From assembly GCF_004010195.1 (NCBI RefSeq), contig NC_057757.1, positions 9,217,708 to 9,237,707 of the forward strand: DNA of 20,000 nucleotides, written 5' to 3'. Shown piece by piece: positions 1-11,712 of this stretch (positions are counted from its first letter, which is position 1; each line of letters begins with the position of its first letter). Made by a program: the position numbers and the translations under genes. The stretch is from Chiloscyllium plagiosum. Taxonomy: Eukaryota. The notes beneath the pieces are model-generated. The model saw nothing but the letters and a program-made list of their open reading frames with translations, had not been told where the DNA came from and did not search any database.

Positions 1-246
1 AGTTTTTCCACGGCAATTATATCCAGGCACCTCTGAGTGAACCGTTTGTGAGGAGACAGTGTGAATTTTTTGCACTTTCTGCAGTTTACAATGTTGTCTG
101 ATGTACTCTCACAAAATCTATGTAAGAAAGGATTCAAAGATAGACGGTCGAGAACAACAATGGGCATGCCCATATCCTTCTCCTCATATCTCAGGGACAA
201 CGTTGCAACAGGTTGGACAAAACTGCTATGTATCTCCATAGACAAT
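1..246 (-). CDS. Putative coding exon of an unidentified gene, open to the window edge
   Basis: Minus-strand frame from ATG at 239 has 79 uninterrupted codons to the edge (MEIHSSFVQPVATLSLRYEEKDMGMPIVVLDRLSLNPFLHRFCESTSDNIVNCRKCKKFTLSPHKRFTQRCLDIIAVEK), preceded by a pyrimidine-rich acceptor-like tttcatttttcaaAG (AG at 248-247). It is absent from the ORF track because no stop lies in the window. A diverged paralog lies at 7200-7295. Confidence 0.3.
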
Positions 247-509
247 CTTTGAAAAATGAAACATGGAATGTGAGAGATTCAAAAGCGATCTATTGCTTGA
301 ACAGTGGTGTGGGGAGTCTTGTCAAGGGTGGAGCTATATCACCTCGAACACAAGAGGGACAGACAGAGACAGAGAAAGAAAGAAAGGATTCAACCCCAAA
401 GCAAGAAAGACCCAATGGGACAGAGATAACCACAAACGTATAAACACACTGATAAATTCCTAGACTAAAGTAAGTCTCAGGAGCAGCGTCTGTCACTCAT
501 GTGAGAGCA

Positions 510-3500
510 ATAGAGCCATAGAGCATGGAAAAACATCTTTTGGGCCAATTCATCCATGCCAACCAGATATCCTAAATTAATCTAGTCCCATTTCCCAGCA
601 CTTGGCCCATATCCCTCTGAACCCTTTCTGTTCATATAACCATCCAGCTGTCTTTTAAATGCTGTAACTGTACAAGCGTCCACCACTTCCTCTGGCAGCA
701 CGTTCCATACACACACCACCATCTGTGTGAAAAAGTTGCCCTTTAGGTCCCTTCCAAATCTTTTGCCTCTCACCCTAAACTTCTGCCTTCTAGTTCTGGA
801 CTCTCCCAACTCAGGAAAAAGACCTTGTCTATCCACACTCCTCATGATTTTATAAACCTCAATAAGGTCACCTTCTGCCTCCGACGCTCCAGGGAAAACA
901 GCCCCAGCCTATTCAGCCTCTCCCTTTGGCTCAAACCCTCCAACCCTGGCAACATCCTTGTAAACCTTTTCTGAACCCTTTCAAGTTTGACAACATCTTT
1001 CCGATAGCAGCGAGACCAGAATTGCACGCAACATTCGAAAAGTGGCCTGACCAACATCCCGTAAAGCTGCAACAAGATTTCTCAACTGCTATACTCAGTG
1101 CTCTGATCAATAAAGGAAAGCATACCAACACCTTCTTCACTATCCTACCTATCTGCGACTCCACTTTCAAGGAGCTATAAATCCACACTTCAAGGTGTCT
1201 TTGTTCAGCAACACTCTCCAGGACCTTACCATGAAGTGTATAAGTCCTGTCTTTCCAATATGCAGCACCTCGCATTTATCTAAACTAAACTCCATCTGCT
1301 ACTCCTCGGCATATTGGCCCATCTGATCAAGTTCTTATTTTACTCTAACCTTCTTCACTATCCACGACATCTCCAATTTTGCTGTTATCTGCAAACTTGT
1401 GAACTATACCTCCTATGAAAAGTCATTTATATAAATAACGAAAAGTAGTGGACCCAGCAGCGATCCTTGTAACTCACCATTGGGCACAGGCCAGGTATGA
1501 AAAACAGCCCTCCACCACCACCTTTGAGCAAGTTCTGTATCCAAATGATTAGTTCTCCCTGTATTCCATGTGATCTAACCTTGCTAACCAGACTCCCATG
1601 GGGAACCTTGTTGAACCTTTCTAAAGTCCATATAGATCACATCCATCGCTCTGCCCTCATCACACCTCTTTGTTACTTCTTCCAAAAACGCAATCAAGTT
1701 AGTGAGGTATGATTTCCCACACACAAAGCCATGTTGACTATTCCAAATCAGTCCTTGCCTTTCCAAACACATGTACATCCTGTCCTTTAGGAGTCCCTCC
1801 CACAATTTGCCCACCACAGATATCAGGCTCACTGGTCTATAGTTCCCTGGCTTGCCCTTAACACCTTTCTTAAACAGTGATACCACATTAGCTAACCTCC
1901 ACCTCACCTGTGCCTATTGATGATCCAAATATCTCAGCAAGGGGCCCAGCAAACACTTCCATTGCTTCCCACAGGGTAAAACTGATTAGGTCCTGGGGAT
2001 TTATCCACTTTTATGCATTTTAAGGCATCCATCTCACACACACCCCTGTAATATGGACATTCTTCAAGATGTCACCATCTATTGCCCCACATTCTGTATT
2101 TTCCACAGTAAACACTAATGCAAAATACTCATTTAGTATCTCCCCAGTCTCCTGCAGTCACATGCATATTCCGCCTTGCTGATCTTTGAATGGTCTTATT
2201 CTCTCCCTAGTTACCCTGTTGTCCTTAGTGTTTTTGGAAACTGCCTTTGGATTCTCCTTAATTCTATTTGCCAAAGCTATCTCATGTCCCCCTTTCGCCT
2301 TCTTGATTTCCCCCTTAAGTATACTACCATTACCTTTATACTCTTCGAAGGATTCACTCGGTGTCTGCTGTCTAACCCTGACATATGCTTCCTTCTTTTT
2401 CTTAACTGACACCTCAATTTTTCTAGTCATCCAGCATTCCCTGCACCTACCAGCCTTGCCTTCCACCCTAACAGAAACACTCTGTCTTTGGACTCTCGTT
2501 ATCTGATTTCTGAAGGCTTCCCATTTTCCAACTGTCCCTTTACCTGCGAACATCTGCCTCCAATCAATTTGTGAAAGCTCTTGCCTAATACTGTCAAAAT
2601 TGGCCTTCCTCCAAATTATATCTTCAACTTTTGGATTGGTCTATTCTTTTCCATCACTGTTTTAAAATTTACAGAATTATGGTCACTGGCCCCAAAGTGC
2701 TCCCCCATTGACACCTCAGTCACCTCAGTCGCCTTATTTCCCAACAGTAGGTCAAGTTTTGCACCTTCTCTCGTAGGTACATCCACATACTGAATCAGAA
2801 CATTTCCTTGTAACACTTAATAAATTCCTCTCCATCTAAACCATTAACAATATGGCAGTCCCAGTCTGTGTTTGGAAAGTTAAAATCCCCCACCATAATG
2901 ACCCTATTGTTCTTACAGATCTCTGAGATCTCCTTACAAATTTGTTTCTCAATTTCCCGTTGACTATTGGGGGGTCTATAATACAATCCCAATAGGTCAT
3001 CATCTCTTTTATATTTCTTCGTTCCACCCAAATAACTTCCCTGGATGTATTCCCAGGATTATCTTACCCAAGTACAGCTGTAATGCTATCCCTTACCAAA
3101 AACACGACTACTCCTCCTCTCTTGCACCCCCCCACTTTTTATCCTTCCTGTAGCATTTGTATCCTGGAACATTAAGCTGCCAGTCCTGTCCATCCCTGAG
3201 CCATGTTTCTGTAATTGCTATGACATCCCAGTCCCATATTTCTAACCATGCCCTGAGTTTATCTGCCTTCCCTGCTCGGCTTCTTGCATTGAAATAAATG
3301 CAGTTTTATTTATCAGTCCTACCTTGTTCTCTGCTTTGTCCCTGCCTGTCCTGACTGTTTGACTCGCTTCTTTTTTCAACTGTACCAGTCTCAGATTGAT
3401 CTCTTTCCTCACTATCTCCCTGGGTCCCACCCCTTCACCTTATTGTTTAAATCCTCCTGAGCAGCTCCCTGCCAATATATTAGTCCCCTTCCACTTCAGG

Positions 3501-3710
3501 TGCAATCCATCCTTCTTGTACAGGTCATTTCTTCCCTAAAAGAGATTCCAATGATGCAAATATGTGAACCCTTCTCCCCTGCACCAGCTCCTCAGCCACA
3601 CATTCATTCTATCCTACTGAGCACCAGGTGTAATCCAGATATTACTACCCTCGAGGACCTCCTTTTTAAATTCCTGCCTAACTTCCTATGTTCTCCCTTC
3701 AGAATCCCAT
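510..3710 (-). mobile_element. CR1/HER1-type LINE, 5'-truncated and decayed (ORF1 esterase end, ORF2 APE endonuclease + RT, 3' UTR/tail)
   Basis: Fragmented motifs in the expected order: ORF1 ...KLGRNLKRRSSRVVISGL (~3620-3700); EN CIYFNARS (~3300), AITETW, GLYYRPPNS, MVGDFNFP, LDLLL, SDHNSV; tether KSPGP (~1990); RT WRLANVVSLFKKG..NYRPVSLISVVGKL, QHGF, YMDF, QGSLLGPLLF, KFADN; C-term LVRPLFECCVQFWS..LERVQKRFTRM, FFTQMVV..WN.LP; tail repeats near 510-525. Many stops and frameshifts. Confidence 0.93.
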
Positions 3711-3973
3711 CCTACCACCTATTCACTCATCTATTCACAATCATTCGAAGGCTGAGCCTATAAACTTACCATCTGATATCTAGGAGGAGAAAGTGAGGTC
3801 TCCTACTGAGCACCAGGTGTAATCCAGATATTACTACCCTCGAGGACCTCCTTTTTAAATTCCTGCCTAACTTCCTATGTTCTCCCTTCTGAATCCCATC
3901 CTACCACCTATTCACTCATCTATTCACAATCATTCGAAGGCTGAGCCTATAAACTTACAATCTGATATCTAGG
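3612..3973. repeat. Direct tandem duplication of 173 bp (3612-3784 and 3801-3973) with a 16-nt spacer
   Basis: Copies differ at only 2 positions (cttcAgaatc/cttcTgaatc; cttacCatc/cttacAatc). Spacer 3785-3800 is aggagaaagtgaggtc. Confidence 0.95.
3784..3801 (-). mobile_element. 18-nt terminal fragment of the Penelope-like palindromic element
   Basis: gaggagaaagtgaggtct is the exact reverse complement of 11904-11921 (agacctcactttctcctc), the end of that element adjoining its TSD. Confidence 0.7.
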
Positions 3974-5312
3974 GCCATACAGAGGAGAGGTATCTGTCTT
4001 CTAACTCTGTTCCACCATTGCTACCTGATGGAGACTGCACTGCACATTTGTTGGAAATCTGGGATTGGGAATTGCCAAACGAAATGTTCAGTGATGTCGG
4101 CTTTGCAGGAGGTTGAGCGCGGCAGTAAACCACTTATCTGCAGAGTTGCTTGAAAGATTCAGGACCACATTTCTTGTCGTCTGAAATCTGCCCATGCTCT
4201 TCGTCGTTACATTCACTGGACCAGCACTAACTGCATCAGTCCTTTTATTAGCGCATTCTAACCTCTTGCTGAAGCAGAGCACAAACACAAAATATTCAGT
4301 AATAGGAAGCAAAGAGCAGCCACAGGACAGTGGTCCATAAGTGAGGGGGCTTAACTTGCCCCACAAGGTGATATTAGATTAGACAATTAATACCGGTCAC
4401 TAAAAGTGACTTTTCACTCAGAATTCCTGCTGCTGTCTCAAAAAGACTTGGAAGTTGGTGCCTCACTTGTGAGCTCAGTCAGTACTTTAATTAACGTGGT
4501 ACCACAGTCATCTGGGATATAAAAATCTGATCTAACAGCCCATTGGGCATTCTCAGTGAGTGCAGAAATACAGCAGCCAGAGTTCCTGAGTAAACCTGGT
4601 GAAATGAATCTAGAAATTTCCAACAATCCACATATGTGTGAGTCTTTGCTCTGGGAATATTTCTCAAAATTCCCACAGCTAAAATAAATATAGGCTCAAT
4701 TTTTTAAAAAAAAGCAGAAATTGCTGGTATTAGAATGAGGAAATGAGCTCCAAAACTGAAAAAAAAACCTGAAAAAAAGGAGCAGCTCTCACAGCTACAA
4801 TATTTTCCCATCCTCCATCTTGGATTACCCAGAATCCTCTGATGTTCTTCATTTAAATGATACCTTTTTTCATATTTTCTGCCGACTTCACATTTTCTCA
4901 TGATACTTCATACACGATTTCTTCTGGTCACTCAGCCTGCCTATACCTACCTGCAAATTGCTGATGGCTTCTTCACAAGATATTTGCGTACCCAACTTGG
5001 TGTCTGCAAATTTAGCTGCTATGCCTTATCTCCATTCATCCAAATCAAACCGTTCTGGACAGACAATTTCGTTTTCACTTCCACCCAGTGCGGAATAATT
5101 CGTACTGAAACAGGAATTTTAAATCTTTCAGAAACAGCCAAACTCAATCAAATATCACATTGATCAATTGTGGTCTCTGACAAATAATTAGCCATAATAT
5201 TTCTAATTCGACAAGTCAAAATGACAATTGCAGGCAAACACCATTTTGTTGATTATTTGTGTACCCCCTGTATTTTGAGGCTAAAATAGCTATACTGTTC
5301 TCTCTATCCTGT

Positions 5313-5775
5313 ATAGCTCAGTGGTTGGCACTGCTGTCTCATAGCACCAGGGATCCTGGTTTGATCCCCACCTTGGGCAACTGTCTATGCAGTTTAATTT
5401 ATCAGTCCTGCTTTGTTCCTGCCTGTCTTGACTGTTCGACTCACTTCTTTTCCCAAGTGCACCAGTCTCAGATTGATCTCTTTCCTCACCATCTCCCTGG
5501 GTCCCACCTTACGAGTTTGCACATTGTCTCCGTATCTGTGTGGGTTCCCTCCAGATGCTCCAGTTTCTTCCCACAATCCAAAGATGTGCAGGTTAGCGTG
5601 AACTGGCCATGCTAAGTTGCCCATAGTTTCCAGGGATGTGTAGGTTGGGTGCATTAGTCAGGGATATATATCTGGTAGGGGTAATGGGTCTGGAGTGGGT
5701 TCAGAGGGTTTGTGTGGACTTATTGGGATGAAGGGCCTGTTTGCACACAATAGGGATTCTGTGGATTCTGTGAAT
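5313..5775 (+). mobile_element. tRNA-derived HE1-type SINE, interrupted by a LINE fragment
   Basis: A-box-like tagctcagtggttggcac, degenerate B-box ggtttgatccc, core gagtttgcacattgtctcc...cccacaatccaaagatgtgcaggttag, LINE-like 3' end gaagggcctgtttgcacacaatagggattct. Homologous to the SINE at 9998-10310. Confidence 0.88.
5387..5512 (-). mobile_element. Internal CR1 LINE fragment (ORF1/ORF2 junction region) inside the SINE
   Basis: Clearly homologous to 3298-3431 of the nearby LINE (shared accagtctcagattgatctctttcctcac...atctccctgggtcccacc); both translate as GPRE.VRKEINLRLV.L.KE.S.TV.TGR.KA. Confidence 0.85.
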
Positions 5776-6169
5776 TTAATAGGAATCAAGTAAAAAGCCT
5801 TCACTTCCCTGTAAACCAATACTGTGACATTTAAGAATTGCTCTTCTTACAAACATTCCTGAGAGATGGGAACTTAAAATAGCTACAGAAAAGCAATCTA
5901 GTCTTTGCATTTGCCTACAATACACTGCACCCCAGGGGCTGGAACAGAGCAAGTGGGAAGTGTATTGTGAATGGTATGGAGATGCAGAGGGAGGCTATTA
6001 CATGCACTGGGTGCGTAATTGAGGAGCTACTGAGGGGACAGTTCAGGCAAGTTGATGCTACACAGGAGAGGTCAATTATACAGGGGCTATGGAGGGAGAG
6101 ATGCGACATTCGAAAGACTGCAGATTTTGAGGAGGGAGGATGCAGAATTGGTGGGTTTCCAGTTTCAGG

Positions 6170-6420
6170 ACTGAAAGACAGAAACAGGGAAGAAAGAAAG
6201 GAGGAGGAAAGAAAACGAAGGGAGAAAGTGAGAGAAGAAGAAGAAGAGAAAGGGGGAGAGTGGAAAAGAGCTTACACAAAGGTAGAAAGAAGAGGCAAGA
6301 GAGAGAAATATAAAAGAAGAGGCAGTCGGTAAGAAAGAGAGAGCAAGTTTGACAAAGAGAGAGACAGACAGAATGAGAGAGAAACAGATTGAAAATGAGA
6401 GACAGAGGGAAAAGCATAAT
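6170..6420 (+). repeat. GA-rich low-complexity polypurine tract
   Basis: Strongly A/G-biased with degenerate gaga/gaag/gaca units. Confidence 0.8.
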
Positions 6421-6789
6421 AATCAGGTAAATACAAGCAGGAGTCAAGGAAGAAATGGCGAGATTAGAGAGGTAATACCCACCATTCTGATTGTTCCTAG
6501 CTCTCTGTCTCTCTCACTCCCTTTCTCTCATTAGGGACAGACCGTCCTATAGAAACTTGCATTAGCAGGGGTGGTTCACGGAGGGGATGAGATTAAAGGA
6601 TCAAAACAGGTATTGAGATTCAAACACTACTCATAGAACCTCACACAGAGACAGACAGAAACGCACAGATACTCACAGATGAGGAAGGGTCATCAGATCC
6701 GAAAAATTAACTCCTGTTTCTTTGCTTGTGTGCTGTCTCGATCTCTTTGTGTTTGCGTCCAGTGTGTCTTAACACTACAGTATGTGTCT

Positions 6790-7295
6790 ATGTTTGTGTG
6801 TAACTCAATGTCTGTATCTCTGTGCAATGGGGTCCCTGTTGTTGTCGGGGTGAATCCTTTGAAAACGGGGTCAAACCCCTCTCTGTCTGTCCCTCTGTGT
6901 TTAAGGTGATAATGTTGATGCTCATGTTTACGCGGGTCTCTGTGTTCATGTGTTGGTGTCTGTGTCTGTGTCCATCTCTCAGCAATGGGAATCACTCTGT
7001 CCAGATGGAAGTTTGAAAGGATGAGTCAAAGTCAGAGTCTCTCTCACTCTTTCTCTCTTTGTCCCTCTTGCATTTAAAGTGATGCAGTGATACTCTCTGC
7101 TGGATTCCGCACATCACTGCACAGGCAGAAGATTGCTTTCCAAAAAACCATCGAAGTCTGTGAATCTCACACATTTTACCAATGTTTTGTTCTTGAAAGA
7201 ATGTCTTTGGAGGCGAGATAGTTTTGCCTGATCGCTTGCAGTTTTGTCCCTGAGATTTGAGGAGAAGGAGATGAGCATACCCAGTGTGTTTCTTA
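6790..7295 (+). pseudogene. Degenerate inverted paralog of region 150-445 (acceptor-like site plus disrupted exon), cut by the gap
   Basis: After ttttgttcttgaaAG (7198-7199) it reads MSLEA/(frameshift)DSFA*SLAVLSLRFEEKEMSIPSVFL versus LSMEIHSSFVQPVATLSLRYEEKDMGMPIVVL at 246-150 (minus). Upstream blocks are also shared (agagggacagacagaga...aaaggattca.cccc...gaccc.at.g.acagagata). Confidence 0.45.
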
Positions 7296-7795
7296 NNNNN
7301 NNNNNNNNNNNNNNNNNNNNNNNNNNNNNNNNNNNNNNNNNNNNNNNNNNNNNNNNNNNNNNNNNNNNNNNNNNNNNNNNNNNNNNNNNNNNNNNNNNNN
7401 NNNNNNNNNNNNNNNNNNNNNNNNNNNNNNNNNNNNNNNNNNNNNNNNNNNNNNNNNNNNNNNNNNNNNNNNNNNNNNNNNNNNNNNNNNNNNNNNNNNN
7501 NNNNNNNNNNNNNNNNNNNNNNNNNNNNNNNNNNNNNNNNNNNNNNNNNNNNNNNNNNNNNNNNNNNNNNNNNNNNNNNNNNNNNNNNNNNNNNNNNNNN
7601 NNNNNNNNNNNNNNNNNNNNNNNNNNNNNNNNNNNNNNNNNNNNNNNNNNNNNNNNNNNNNNNNNNNNNNNNNNNNNNNNNNNNNNNNNNNNNNNNNNNN
7701 NNNNNNNNNNNNNNNNNNNNNNNNNNNNNNNNNNNNNNNNNNNNNNNNNNNNNNNNNNNNNNNNNNNNNNNNNNNNNNNNNNNNNNNNNNNNNNN
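7296..7795. other. Assembly gap (500 N)
   Basis: Run of exactly 500 N, probably a placeholder; true size and contiguity are unknown. Confidence 0.99.
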
Positions 7796-8740
7796 ACTGG
7801 CATCGATAGCCACCTTGAAAGGCTTTGTGTAATCCAGTGTGGCTAATACTGGGGAACTGGTTAACACAGTTTTTAGGCTGTTAAGTGCCTCTTGACAGTC
7901 CATTGTCCACTGAAACTTCTGTCCTTTTTTTTTAACAATTCGGTGATTGGAGCAGCCACACTGCTAAAGTTCGGTACAAACTTTCGGTAAGATCCACTCG
8001 ACCCCAGAACCGTAGTACTGCTTTTTTTTCATCAAAATTCTCCAATTACTTTCATTTTTGCATCTCCTGGGGCTATTTGTCCATGTCCAATCTCATGGCC
8101 CAGGAAGGTGACTTGGGTTTTGGCCAGGTTTCCCACCAAGCCTGCCTTCCGAAGTCAATCGAACAAGTCCGATAAATCCTGTAAATGTACCTTCCACGAG
8201 TGACTTGAAATCACCAGGTCATCAATATATACCACACAGTTGAGTAATCTGGCAATGACCTTATTGGTCAGTCTCTGAAATGTGGCTGGAGTACTTTTCA
8301 TTCCAAATGACATGACTTTGAACTGATATAGTCCATTTGGCGTGACGAAAGCCAAAATTACCTGTGCTCTCTCTGACAGAGGTACTTGCCTCTGAGCAAG
8401 TCCAATTTAGTAAGTTGCTTGTCCCACTTTTTTGACACAGTCCTCCAATCATAGAATTGGATATGCATCAGTCTTTGTAACGGCACTGACTTTGCGAGAG
8501 CCCACACATAACCATTGGATACCATCTAGTTTTGGCACCATGACTATGAGTGAGCTCCAGTCACTGTAACACACTTTGATTATGTCATCTTGGAGCATGC
8601 GCTCTATCTCCTTCTGAACTTGTGCCAACTTTAGAGGGTTTTGCCTATAAGGATGTTGCTTAATTGGAACAGCGTCGCCTGTATCTACATCATGCACAAT
8701 TAGGTTAGTACTTCCCAGTTTGTTTCCACACATCTCCCCA
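7796..8740 (-). pseudogene. Retrotransposon reverse transcriptase and start of RNase H (frameshifted)
   Basis: ORFs 8449-8733 and 8155-8355 (VYIDDLVI at ~8218-8229) and 7903-7796 (KPFKVAIDAS). Confidence 0.9.
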
Positions 8741-8899
8741 CGTGATGGTAATAACTCTTTCAGGTCATTTCAATTTTCTTGTGGTAATTCAATAATTTAT
8801 CCCAATTTTTGACAACTTCCTCATTGTCCAATTTGTTTTGAGGAACGTCCAATTCAGAATCCTCTGAACTTGGTTCTTCACTCTGTGCTGTAATGATGA

Positions 8900-9935
8900 A
8901 CACCGTATCCTCTTGCTTTCCTTCCTTGTCAAAATACCTTTTGAGCATATTCACATGACACACTCTGTGAGATTTCTTCCTGTCGGGAGTCCTTATCAAG
9001 TAGTTCATCTCACTCAATTTTCTCTCGATTTGATAAGGTTCACGAAACCTTGCTTTTCAAAGCTCACCTATTACTAGAAGTAACACCCATACCTTATCCC
9101 CAATTGAAAAATTGCAAATTTCTTATCCGCTGCTTGTTTCATTTAATGCTATGATACTTTTAAATGCTGTCCAGCTCTATTTAATCATTCTCTAAAATTT
9201 GACACATAGTCCAAATGGGTGGTCTCCGAATTCTGACTTATTAATTTCTCCTCAATCATTTTTAATGGTCCTTGAACTTCATGCCCAAAAATTAATTCAA
9301 ATGGACTGAATTTGGTCAATTCATTTGGTGCATGTCTGATCGCCAGAAGTACAAATGGAACTTCCTTATCCCAATCATCTGGATAATCCCGATCATAAGC
9401 CCTCAATATGGTCTTCAGTGCTTGCTGTTATCTTTCTAGCACTCCCTGATTCCGGATGGTACGCAGTAGATTTGAATTGCTTTATTCCCAGATTATCCAT
9501 AACCTCCTTGAATAGTTTGGATGTGAAGTTTGATCCTTGATCTGATTGGTAGCCCGCATCTAGTAAAAAATTAAGTAATTCTTCCACAACCCTTTTAGTT
9601 GTGATATGGCGTAATGGGATTGCTTTTGGAAATCTAGTCGACACATCCGTTATTGTTTATAAATACTTATTCCCATGTTTTGTTTGAGGTAGGGGACCTA
9701 TGCAATCAATAAAGACTCTTGTGAAAGGTTCCTCAAATGCTGGAATAGGTACTAAAGGTGCAGGTTTTATTACTACCTGTGTTTTTCCAATTAGCTGACA
9801 TGTATGAAACATCTGGCAAAATTCAACTACACCTTTGTGTAGTCCAGGCCAGTAAAAATGTCTTTGTGCTTTAGCCTGTGTTTTCTTCACTCTGAAATGA
9901 CCTCCAAGTGGTTGTTCATGCACCACTCGCAGCAC
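8900..9935 (-). pseudogene. Retrotransposon integrase (HHCC zinc domain, DDE core, GPY-like C-terminus; frameshifted)
   Basis: ORFs 9657-9935, 9393-9644, 9185-9406 and 8760-9017; FREPYQIERKLSE at ~9010-9050. Confidence 0.9.
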
Positions 9936-9997
9936 CTACTGGAAAAACAATTTGATGAATCTCTGCCCATTTCTCATCTACTTGAGTGTGCAAATGT

Positions 9998-10310
9998 CGA
10001 TTAGATTCCCTACAGTATGGAAACAGGCCTTCAGCCCAACAAGTCCACACCGACCCTCCAAAGAGTAACCCACCCAGACCCATTACCCTGCCTGATATTT
10101 ACCCCTGAATAATGCACCTAACACTATGGGTAATTTAGCATGGCCAATCCACCCTAACCTGCACATCTTTGGATTGTGGGAGGAAACCGGAGCACCCGGA
10201 GGAAACCCATGCAGACACGGGGAGAATGTGCACACTCCACACAGACAGTCGCCCGAGGCGGGAATCGAACCTGGGTTCCTGGCGCTGTGAGGCAGCAGTG
10301 CTAACCACTG
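9998..10310 (-). mobile_element. HE1-type tRNA-derived SINE nested in the Gypsy pol (between PR and INT)
   Basis: Minus strand cagtggttagcactgctgcctcacagcgccaggaacccaGGTTCGATTCCcgcctcgggcgac (intact B box), conserved core, and LINE-shared 3' end gaaggcctgtttccatactgtagggaatctaatc. Confidence 0.92.
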
Positions 10311-11712
10311 CTTGATAAGGCATCATTTGTGTAGTAATAACACACAGGAATGCATTCACTTTCTCTCTTTGTAAATGCCTTTTGATATAACTGTTTTAAC
10401 TCCTCATCTTTCTGCTGTAATTCAATCAGCATAATAGAGCTAAAGATGCTTGCATGTTTACCTATTTGCTCCCTCTCTGTCCCACTTATCTGATCAAAGA
10501 AAGTTTTGGATAACACTTCATCAGCTTTGTTATCTGTGTGGTTTGATCTCTCCTGCTTCAACTTGTGCCTCTATGATCTTGTGATCACACACTCGGGGAA
10601 AATTCCTGGATAAACATCTGTCATGTCTTCAGCTGTCTGTGTCTCCACTAGCTTTTCAACTAGAGTAGGCAGCACACCTAGCGGTGAATCAGCGATATCA
10701 TTTGCAAGGACAAATTGTATTCCTGGAGGTGAGAGTTTGTCCAATACTCCTACCACAGATTCTCCACTCTTCTCTAGACCCTCTAGCCTCACTTTACATA
10801 ACTGAGCACTTTTTGTCTCACCATGGATTCTGTTACCAGTACCATTTCTGGCAATAGTCCCTCAGGAGTCCATATCTCCTCATCCTTCAGCATCACAAAC
10901 TGAGAGGATCCTGTGTCCTTTAATATTGTAACCTCTTTACCTGCTGCTCCTGGCCTATGTGAATAAACGTTACCCTTGCATGTATATTTTTTAAGCAGAT
11001 CCGGCACTTCCTCCTTAACCAATCTCTGATCATCTTGTGCACTCTGAGGCAGTTGTCTAACTTCCTTTGTGCTTTTTGTTACTAGCCCAACAAAACTCCC
11101 AGCCTTGTCTGGTTTCCCTACATCTGGCTTTCTCCTAGCCCACCAACACTGTGATTTTGTGTGGCCCACTTTATGACATTGAAAACACTGGAGCTTTTTA
11201 ATTTCTTTGTCTCCCTCTAGGGTGTCTTTTTTACCCTGTAGCAAGTTATCCTTGTGATCTTCACTCAAATCTACCTTTCCCTTTTCACGTGAGGCTTTCT
11301 CTTTGCCCCAGTTTCTATCCCTCATGGACTGAAATTGATTCTGGAAGCCAAATTATGTTTTACGGACCAGGTCATGATCATCAGCCCCTTCAGCTGCTAA
11401 CATCGCTGCTTTAACTCTCTGCTCTTCCACATGTGTTCGCACTACTTCAGGCAGTGAATTTCTGAATTCCGTCAAAATAATTACCTCTCTAAAGGCATCA
11501 TAGGTTTGCTCGATTTTTAAAGCTATTATCCATCTATTGAAATTACTCTGTTTGATCCTTTCAATATAGGTTTGACCAGGGTCCCACTTTAGATTCCTAA
11601 AACGTTGTCTATAGGCATCTGGTACAAGCTCATATGCACTTGGAATGGCTATTTTCACCTCCTCATACTCCCCCGATACCTCCTCTGATAGTGATGTGAA
11701 TATCTCACTAGC

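Noticed and set aside
5967..6534. E/K/R-rich and L/F/S-rich ORFs
   Set aside because: By-products of the GA-rich low-complexity tract; no recognisable domain.
6992..7903. Long ORFs (303, 229, 200, 182 aa) in the ORF track
   Set aside because: Artefacts of translating through the 500-N gap.
10240..10310. tRNA-like A/B boxes here and at 5313-5370
   Set aside because: These are SINE heads followed by SINE core and LINE-like tail, not tRNA genes.
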